Positions 54,321 through 64,000 of a stretch of 64,000 bases of DNA are shown in pieces (position 1 is the stretch's first letter; each line of letters begins with the position of its first letter). The stretch is from Octopus vulgaris (lineage: Eukaryota), in the NCBI GenBank assembly GCA_951406725.2, contig OX597818.1, positions 31,000,001 through 31,064,000 on the forward strand, given 5' to 3'. The notes under the pieces were generated by a model. The model did not search any database. It worked only from the letters and a program-made list of their open reading frames with translations, and was not told where the DNA came from. The translations under genes and the position numbers were made by a program.

Positions 54321-56364
54321 CTATTAAAAAGAAAACAGAAACTAGCACTATATACACGGACACACACACACAAACATACACACACACACACATGTATAAA
54401 GGCGTATGTGATAGATAAATCAATGTAAAATTTGCTAACGCGTTTATTAAGAATCAAAATATTAATTTTTTTTCGAGGAAACTAAATCGTTTATATGATA
54501 ACATAAAATGTTTGTTTATGCATAAACAAAACTTTATAATCAATAATTATACATGATTATATACTAAAATTATCTTTTAAGCTTTTTAATCATTCAGATA
54601 TCTGTCTAATCATACTGTCTACAAGATTTTTCAATAATGCAAATATTTATTCATACCATTATTCCTAACTGACGCAGATAACGATTTCTTGTTTTTAAAA
54701 GTTCTTGAATTTCATTTTGATTGAATCATATTCCATAAATTTTCAATAAAGTTTAGGTTTGGAGATTGTTGAGGCGAAAATAATGTCTGAATTCGAAGAC
54801 GTTGCAGAAATGTTTTCACTAATTAGATAGAATGAATAGAAAAATTACCATGCTGGTATTTAGCCAGTTTAATAAAAAAAAAAAAAAAATAACCGTTGTA
54901 GAAAGTAGAAAATATTACGTTTTAAAAAAATTTCTTCTATGTAATATAATTGTTTCTAAATTAAGCCGAAGGGCAATAATTTTGAACTGGAAAAGATAAG
55001 TCGATTACATCGGCCCCAGTACAGGATTGAGTACATCGTGATTAGGTGAATGCAGTGGACGTTTGTTTGACTTGAACTTTCGTGGTTCGGCAAGATAAAC
55101 GTGTGCAGTGGCCTGGCGGGCATAAATAAAAAGAATTATAGTTTTCGTGGAAAAGAATTAGAGCAAGTGGATTGATATGTAGAAGAGAAACTAGTGCCTC
55201 GTATGTTACAAGGATGGGATGCTTTATAACAGGAGCGGATATATAATGATTATAATAGTTGTAGAAGGAACGCAGAGAAGAAACAATACTTCTGTTGGCA
55301 AGTGGTTGTTGCTATTAACCACAGGTCAGCTGAGAACTGGTTAGACCTATGTTTGATAACGTTCCATTCGTGACTAATCCATCGAATATTTTATTTTCTA
55401 ACCTTGAAAAGCAAGCCTGCTATTTGTGATGCAGTGTCAATGATAATTCGTATGTGTGCTTTCGTGTTAGGAACGGACGAGAGAAATCGTTTTGGTGCTT
55501 ATGTTAGAAATCACAATTTTTATTGGGAATGTATATACATTTAAGTTTATTGAGGAAATTATTGGATCGCGAATGCTTTTATAAAACGATGAATGAATGA
55601 ATGTCTCAACATACGATCCCTCATTCCACATAAATCTGAGGCATAATGCCTCTCATAGGAATCACTCTTTATATTTTCACATTTTGTCATTTACAGCTAT
55701 ATTCTCACATTATTTTTTCTTCGTGTTTTTTTTTGTATCTGTCATTCATACTCTTACTGTTCGTTTTTGTTGTTGGGTAGGGGGACAAGAAAAGAAAAGG
55801 GGAATCCGGCTGTTGTCATTTAAAAAAAATTTCTGTCCATCTTTTTTTTTTAACCGACATTTTCTGTTTTTTTTTTATACTTCCTTAATCCTTTCCCAGT
55901 TTTTCTATATTTTTCTTCTCTTCTGATATTTTATCATCCTTTGAATCCTTTGAAAACGTTTACTGATATGGATATTTTCAGTATAGACAAACTGCTCCAC
56001 CCCCTATTATTCTTCCTTCTTTTTTCTTCATTTCCTTATCTTATTTATTTATTTATTTTTTTTTTTACTCGCATCTTTCTGTTCTGTTCAATCATATTTG
56101 TTTATGTATCTCCACATCCTTCCATTTTTCAAAAAACTTACACCTCATATTCTACAGTTTCTATTCCCTTCAGCTTCATACACTCCTTTCTCATCCATTT
56201 CTCACATTTCTCTCTTTATTTTTCATACACATTTTTTTTTTTCAATATTTCTGAAAACGCATTCTATTTGTTTTACTTCTTTCTTTCCTCCCTTTTTGCA
56301 CAGATTTCCATTTTATTCACTCTGTTCATTTCTTGTTTTTCATTTCTTGTTTTTCCTTTCTTCC

Positions 56365-56397
<33 letters not shown>

Positions 56398-57972
56398 ATT
56401 TCAAAAAAAAAAAAATTTATTTTTTGCTGTTGTTTTATAATCTGTTATTTCATTGCCAACTTACCGTCACCTAAATTCTACTTTATTAAAGTACTCGATC
56501 TATCTCTGTATTCATCTCCGTTAGTCAACGTATTATTGCTTCTTTTCATTCTCCAAATTCTCATTTCTGACTTTCGCTACTGTTTCTTCCTCAACACTTT
56601 CCGATTCTTTCCTCTTTCCTTCCTGTTACGATATTGTGTCATATTCGTAAATTTTCGTTGATTTTTCCTCCTATTTCATCAGGTTCCTCCTGTCACCATT
56701 TTGGTGTCCTCTCCCCTGATTGTGCATCCTTTTCCAGAACTCTTTATCATATATACAATTGCTTGTGATTTGCACATTTTCCTCATATTTTCTCGACTGT
56801 ACCTTTCTTACTCTGTCTTTCTCTCCTTTTCTTCCTTCTTTTTCTTTATCTTTGAGCCTATATACATATATACTCTTACATATATATATGAGCTCAAAAT
56901 GAATGCATATAGTTTTCATTTAATATGAGCATAGATTGCCATCAATCTGCATTTACGTACATTCATATATATATATATATATATATATATGCAACATATA
57001 TAACATATATAAATATAACACACATACATGTACATACATAAACATATACAGACGCACACACACGTATGTAGATACACACACAGACTCTCTCATGCACATA
57101 TTAATATATATATATATATATTGCATTTCTTCTGTATTTCTCAATTCCCGTCACATTTCTCTTTTCTTATCTGTTCAGAAATGTTTTTTTTTCTCTCCAA
57201 AAGACAAATATTTGCTATCTATCCAAACCTTCCATTTGTTGTTTCTACACTTTTCACAATTTCCTGTTTATAACTATTCCATTCCATCTTCTTTCGTAAC
57301 GTTTCGTCACTTCTCTATCACATTTATCTTTCCCTTCTTTAATTTCAGCCATTAAGAAGAGAAGTATGGGAGGTATCCAAAAGGTAAAGATTTATTTTCT
57401 TACCCAAGAAATATTTGTTTTCTTATCCCCGAAGAGACCTGTAAGATAAAGCAAAATTGGGGTCATATCAGTAGACTTCTTATGGCCATAAACACAGCGA
57501 CGCTGAACCAGTTTAAACAAAGAGGAAGTCTTCGACAGAACAAAAGATTCATGTTCGTTTCGAGTTGTTGTTGACACAACTCAAAGACAATGAACAAAGT
57601 CCACGATGACCTAGTATTCTCCTATTTGTAATACTGTTCTCATTTCAATAGTCTGTGGCGAATTAACATGGGCAGAGTTTAGGAGAAGTGGACCACATGA
57701 GAAATGGGTCATCATTTTGCGAACTGCACTGCTAAACAAATTCAAGGATTTTTTCGTTAGGTGTGCCATTGGAAAAAGTCCCGCCAGCCGTACTATGTAT
57801 TAGAACATATGACAAAACGCTTCGTGGAATTTTTTGCTAAGTGTTCAAATCCCACCAAGGTCAAATTTGTCTTGCATTTCTTTGGAGTTGGTATTGTAGA
57901 GTGTCCAACGAGATTCTTTGTGTTATTTACTGGCTCTTGCAATCTGAGATCATATGTAACTGGTAGACTTAA

Positions 57973-58186
57973 TCTTTTCTACTCTAGGCACAAGACCCGA
58001 AATTTTGGGGGAGGGGGCCAGTCGATTAGATCGACCCCAGTACACAACTAGTACTTAATTTATCGACCCCGAAGGATGAAAGGCAAAGTCGACCTCGGCG
58101 GAATTTGAAATCAGAACGTAACGGCAGACGAAATACGGCTACGCATTTCGCCCGGCGCGCTAACGATTCCACCAGCTTGCCGCCTT
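57973..58186 (-). mobile_element. SINE A (short tail), young
   Basis: Near-consensus; tail ...gggtcttgtgcctagagtagaaaaga. Confidence 0.9.
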
Positions 58187-58557
58187 AACCGAAAAGGAAT
58201 ATTATCATAATATATCATAACGATCTCATCTTATTTTCAAATACTTCCTATTATCTACTGTGTCTTTCACCTTTTTCTTTTTAGGACAACCGCACGTGTG
58301 TATGATTTGAGTTGAGATTTGGTTCGAAAACATTTACTGTAGGATTGATGATAAAATGATAAAATAGTGTTCCCAGAACATTTAGTTAATGAGAGTGACT
58401 CTCATGAATGAGTGATCCTCACTAATGGGAGCAGAATAAAAATGTTGAGATAAATGAGGAGCGAACCGTGCTAAGAAAATATACATGCTTCTATCAGGAC
58501 CCGTAACGTTCATTTCTTTTTCTTATCATTACGACAAGTGTATTTTCTTATACAAGA

Positions 58558-59072
58558 CTAGCAGTATCGCCCGGCGTTGCTCGGGTTTGTAAGGGAAATA
58601 ACTATATAAGCATTTTTAGAGAGTTACTTCCCTTATAGATGCTAATTCGGGCTTTCTTAGCCATTTCTGTTTTGGTGTCTTCAAGCCATGAAGTCGTTGC
58701 TCTAAAAGAACGCTGGTCTCCTTGACAACGCTTTACGACGTTGATTTCCTTACACTCCCTTCCCCACAGCTTCACGAGGGAGGGAAGAAGGGGGAGAAGC
58801 AAACACAGGTGCAGGTGTGACCATGGACGCCAACTCCGCCGCCATCGACACACGAAAAATTATGCATTAAAATGGAATAAAAAATGATGTTAAATTATTT
58901 TTAAAATCGTAGACTCATCGTAGACGCGAGCTAATACTCAGACGGGCTCGATATGAATCACGACTATAAGATACCCGAATTTGGTTAAACTGCACCGCAA
59001 AATGTGGGAGGAGTTAGAAATCTAAATCGAAGGGGACAGACACTCACACAACTAGAGTTTTATATATATAGA
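58558..59072 (-). mobile_element. Non-autonomous Helitron
   Basis: Minus strand a|TCtatatatataaaa ... hairpin cccgagcaacgccggg ... CTAG|t; A/T insertion site, no TSD. Confidence 0.85.
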
Positions 59073-59389
59073 TTATTGGCTCCTTCGCAACTCAGTCTTA
59101 CTTATCACATGAACGTTATCCGATTTCAATAAAACTAAGCATAATTCGAAATTTAAAGTTACAGGCTACCGTTTCTTCCAAAAGGTTTCACCGAAAAGGG
59201 GAACATAGAGACGTACATGCTCGTACATACAGATATACATTGGATTGCCTATGTTCAGTCCATTGTGAATAACGGTCTGAGGTGGAGGCCATGAGCTTGA
59301 GATCAAATTAGTTTGATGAGCAGACTCTCCCATATTAGCTCGACATGGCTCGGCAGAGGGGTGCAGTTTACTTTCATACTCTTACTCAG

Positions 59390-59561
59390 AATTAGTTAAG
59401 TCGATTGCATCGGCTCTAGTGCTCAGCTGATACTTATCGATCTCAAAAGAATGAAAGATAAAGTCGACCTCGGTGGAATTTGAACTCAGAACGTTACGAC
59501 GGACGAAATACTGATAAGCATTTCGCCCGGCGTGCTAACGACTCTGCCAACTCGCCGCCTT
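59390..59561 (-). mobile_element. SINE A
   Basis: aagtcgacctcggtggaatttgaactcagaacg...ctcgccgcc. Confidence 0.85.
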
Positions 59562-59654
59562 ACAGGTATGCATAAATACATATATACACACAAACACGCA
59601 CACACATAGATACACAGACATACACACAAACACACACACACACACGCACACACG

Positions 59655-59743
<89 letters not shown>

Positions 59744-59935
59744 TCACCAGTCTTCAGCGCAGTTTTCATCTTCCAATTTATTGACCGATTCCACTCGTAA
59801 AACACTGGGCAATAAAGATACCTGTCTGCGACACCACACCTTAGGACAGAACCCTTGACCCCGTGGTCACGAAGCGAAATCATTAACTACACTGGCAATA
59901 TATATCATATCCCTCTCCCCCTCTGATTAGTCTCT

Positions 59936-59966
<31 letters not shown>

Positions 59967-60091
59967 ATCATGTATGAATGCATGTATGTGTGTGTATGTG
60001 TGTGCGTATCGTTGTGGAGTCTCCTATCGTAGAAAGAAAATGATATGTTTATTGTGATCAAACGTCTATGCTCATTTCCTCCTTGAAATGT

Positions 60092-60473
60092 GGAGGCGCA
60101 ATGGCCCAGTGGTTAGGGCAGCGGACTCGCGGTCATAGGATCGCGGTTTCGATTCCCAGACCGGGCGTTGTGAGTGTTTATTGAGCGAAAACATCTAAAG
60201 CTGCACGAGGCTCCGGCAGGGGATGGTGGTGATCCCTACTGTACTCTTTCACCACAACTTTCTCTCACTCTTACTTCCTGTTTCTGTTGTACCTGTATTT
60301 CAAAGGGCTGGCCTTGTCACTCTCTGTGACACGTTGAATATCCCCGAGAACTACGTTAAGGGTACACGTGTCTGTGGAGTGCTCAGCCACTTACACGTTA
60401 ATTTCATGAGCAGGTTGTTCCGTTGATTCGGATCAACCGGAACCCTCATCGTCGTAACCGACGGAGTGCTTCC
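60092..60473 (+). mobile_element. SINE family C, tail variant 1, 12-bp TSD
   Basis: TSD cctccttgaaat at 60078-60089 and 60476-60487. Confidence 0.92.
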
Positions 60474-60487
60474 TCCCTCCTTGAAAT

Positions 60488-60666
60488 AGACATTGCTTGC
60501 ACAAGTACACGGTGTGTCGCACGTCAGATGCTGGAGTGATTGCAAAGCAACGTGAATGGAAGTGTTTCGCTCGGAAACAACAACGTACACTCGGTCCGGG
60601 AATCGAAATCACGATCATACAAGTGATCGTGGATGTAACACCAAAACCGTTAGGCCATGCACCCTC
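60488..60666 (-). mobile_element. tRNA-derived SINE 5' part
   Basis: gagggtgcatggcctaacgg ... tttcgattcccggacc ... ttcacgttgct. Confidence 0.65.
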
Positions 60667-61084
60667 TCACACACACATACGCACACTCACATATACACAC
60701 ACATGCATGCATACACACACATGCATGCATACACACACATACACACAGAGAAAAGAACAAGAGTGGTGATATGCTCATGTTTATTCAATGATTTTTGAAT
60801 AAACGTGTGAATAAACCTTTCGTTTCCTAGATATCGAGGCAAAACGAGATATTTCGAAAAATATTTCGATTTGTCTTCACGGATGCATCTTCTGAATCAT
60901 AAAGGAACAATTCAAGTTTTTATCGTTAGTTATATGTCATTCTAAACACCGAAGTACACAAGTATAATAATATGCGTGTACTCTCTATATATGATATACT
61001 GCCTATGTATTTCGGTATAGAGAATATGAAATATAACTAATGATTAAAACTTTATTGTTGCTTTACAAACACACACACACACAC

Positions 61085-61120
<36 letters not shown>

Positions 61121-61228
61121 CATAATGTGTGTGTGTGTGTGTGTGGCCTGTGTGTGTGTGTGTGTGTGACCTAAAATTTTCAAATCGTGTGTGTGTGTGT
61201 GTGTGTGTGGGTGTGTGTCTTTGCCACC

Positions 61229-61322
<94 letters not shown>

Positions 61323-61388
61323 CTGCGTGTGTATCGTTGGCGATTTTTTTCCTCCGTCTTCCCTTCCTTGGATCTTTCCTTTTTCTAT

Positions 61389-61423
61389 GTTTCTGACGAA
61401 GAGCTCCGCTCGAAACGTTAAAT
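61389..61423 (+). ncRNA. Minimal type I hammerhead, intact core, in pLTR fragment 61330-61525
   Basis: gttt-CTGACGA(61393-99)-a-gagc tcc gctc-GAAA-cg-TT-aaat; predicted cleavage after U61419. Confidence 0.8.
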
Positions 61424-61524
61424 CTTCCTTCTTTCTTTCCTTTCCTGAACGTCCAATAACACTATATTTGTTCCACGTCCTCGCATTGTTGTGTTTTCCC
61501 TCTGTGTTTTCATATTTGAATTAA

Positions 61525-61576
<52 letters not shown>

Positions 61577-61581
61577 GTGTG

Positions 61582-61630
<49 letters not shown>

Positions 61631-61753
61631 ATATGTCTATATGTATGCTTGTGTATGTGTTAGTGTGTGAGTGTGCATGTATATATGTATATATGTATAC
61701 GCACACAGACACACACACACGACACACACAAGGCACACAAATATACATATATA

Positions 61754-62988
61754 CAGGGGTTGGACAAAATAATGGAAACACTTAGCATCATAGCATCATA
61801 ATTTTGGTATCTATAAAACCATCAAAAGCTTGTTTATTTTTATATTTTTGATTTATCATTAGTGTTGCTTAATATGTTTTGCTGAAATTGCTGTTTATCT
61901 TAAGATATTATCAGAAAAAAAGGTAATTATCATTCATTCAAATGACAAATCGGACTTTCAAAGAGGCCAAATTGTTGGTGCTCGTATCGCAGGCACTAGA
62001 GTAACGAAAACAGCCGAAATGTTTGGTGTATCAAGAAGTACTGTCTGGAAAGTAATAACAGCTTTGAGAAAGAGGAAAAAACCTCCTCGTCGAAATAAAA
62101 CTCCGGAAAAAAACCAAAACTTTCAGATAGGAACCGTTGGACTCTTATGCGAATTGTTAAAAAGGATCATAAAAGTACAGTTCCAAAAATTATTGCAGAG
62201 CTTAATGACAACCTCGAGAACCCAGTTTCCACAAAAACTGTTCGCTAGGAGCTGCACAAGGCCGGATTTCATGGGAGGGCTGCAATCAGAAAATCACTAT
62301 TTTCAAAAAGAAACGTCGCAAAGCATTTAGAGTGGATGGTCCCAAGAGCAGAGGAAAAATATTATTTTCTCGGACGAGTCATTCTTTACCTTATTTCCGA
62401 CCACTGGCCGAATATATGTGTTGAGCCAAAAGAAGCATTTGACCCAGACTGCCTTCTTCCAACTGTTAAACATGGAGGAGGTTCTGCGATGATCTGGGGT
62501 GGCGCTATATCTTGGAAATCCGCCGGTCCAATAGTTTCCCTTCATGGCAGAATTAATAGTCAAGACTATTTCAGCAGATCATCTGATCAAATTCATCCTA
62601 TGGTTGCGGAACAGTTTCTGGAGAGAAACGCAATCTTTCAGGATGATAATGCATCAATTCTCACAGCTAAAGTTGTTTCTGAATGGCACGAGGAACATTC
62701 TAGAGAAATTGAACATCCTATCTGGCTACCACAGTCCTCAGATTCAATATCATTGACCATTTATGGTGCATTTTAGAAAAAACAAGTAAGGAGTCGATAT
62801 CCTCCACCATCATCACTACAAGAACTGGAAACTGTTTTAGCTGAAGAATGGACAAAAATTCTTTTGGAAACAATTCAAACTTTGTACGAGTCCATACCTC
62901 GTAGAATTCAAGCTGTAATTACTGCCAAAGGTGGTCTTGTCCCATAGAATAAATTTTAAGGGGTCTCCATTATTTTGTCCAACCTCTG
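61754..62988 (+). mobile_element. Full-length Tc1-like transposon with frameshifted transposase (about 61941-62947)
   Basis: TA TSD; TIR cag(g/a)ggttggacaaaataatgga(a/g)ac; DFQRGQIVGAR, FSDES, VKHGGGSAMIWG, FQDDNA, WLPQSSD..IDHLW. Confidence 0.97.
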
Positions 62989-63539
62989 TACATATACATA
63001 CACATATTGAGTGAGTAATAAAATATCGGTTAGCTTGGTTTAATGTACGATCTTAGTTCTCGTTTGGAACTATTTAAACGCTGTAGATAACCTTTGGTAA
63101 ATTATATTTGTCACAACTCCCAATTTTGTTTCTCATATCGTAAAATTACTCCCTTGTTGCTGTTGTTGCTGTTGCTGTTCATATGATGAAAATTCATTTA
63201 ATATTCAAAGGTACTTATCACTCTTCCCACAAACACGTCTTGGGTTGAAATAACATGATAAAAGACACTGTCCCAAGATACACGCGGTGGAATCGAACCC
63301 GACACTTCACAATTGAGAAGTAACACTCTTAATCATTTGGCAGGCCTGCACCGAAACATAGAAACACACACACACACACACGACACAAGACAAGGAATTT
63401 ATTCATGGTTTATATAAGAGAAACGAAAAATAAAAAAGAGCAAGAATTATAATTTAAAGTTTAACTATAATTTAAAAAAAAAATAATTTGAATTGCTTAA
63501 AGAAAGTCTTCTTCCCCAACCCTTATGTAAAATGTCACA

Positions 63540-63900
63540 TCAGACTCAGAAGCACTAAATTAATGATGCTGATTAGGCGATCTACAATAAGTCAGAAACA
63601 TTGATAAGAATATCTCTTCTGAATGCAAATGGAAATAAATCGCATTATGCATTGAGATTTAACTTCAGTAATCGTTGTGTCACTATAGGCTAGAAACAGA
63701 GCAGGTGATACACTTGCATTTTATAAATGTTTTATAATATAATGGGTTATCAAGCAACATAGTTTTAGGGACGTGTTAATAAGGAGAATAAATTTATAAA
63801 TTCGAAGGAATTACCTAACATTTGCCCTGACGAGAATTTCTGATACAAATATGATTTCGTAATTATAGCTGGTTGGAAGATGTATATATTTCAGTGTATA
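63540..63900 (+). mobile_element. Possible very decayed PLE 3' end
   Basis: STKL..LIRR, KWK and ENKF peptides, then CTGACGA(63827)...atttc-GTAA. Confidence 0.3.
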
Positions 63901-64000
63901 CAGGAGAATATAATAGAAAGAAAGAAAAAAGAATTCAATTAATCAGTTTAATATGTAGAAAGCTTTTCACAATCTAAAAACTGGTCAAAATCAACAGAAA

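Noticed and set aside
55597-57355. Phe/Leu/Ile-rich membrane-like ORFs
   Set aside because: By-product of T-rich low-complexity sequence

Overview
AT-rich, microsatellite-dense animal genomic DNA (intergenic or intronic). The SINE repertoire is most consistent with an octopus/cephalopod genome (inference from family recognition, not verified). I cannot support any intact host protein-coding gene, and most listed ORFs are microsatellite artefacts. The window is a mosaic of dozens of tRNA-derived SINEs (at least 4 families with swappable modules), truncated LINEs (Dong/R4-like in (TAA)n, an RLE family at (TACA)n, a Tx1/L1-like end in (TATC)n, RTE), DNA transposons (full-length decayed Tc1, deleted mariner, Helitron and Helentron-like non-autonomous elements, MITEs), a U6 snRNA pseudogene, and Penelope-like element (PLE) remnants. 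The most striking signal is about eight minimal type I hammerhead-ribozyme (HHR) motifs of the PLE type. Two sit in opposite polarity in the arms of one long fold-back element (9971-10953), and another was split by a SINE insertion next to its cleavage site. Other highlights are a U6 pseudogene fused to a 50-bp hairpin that is capped by a second U6 5' UUCG loop, and a Tx1-like LINE/SINE pair sharing a 3' tail and a (TATC)n target.
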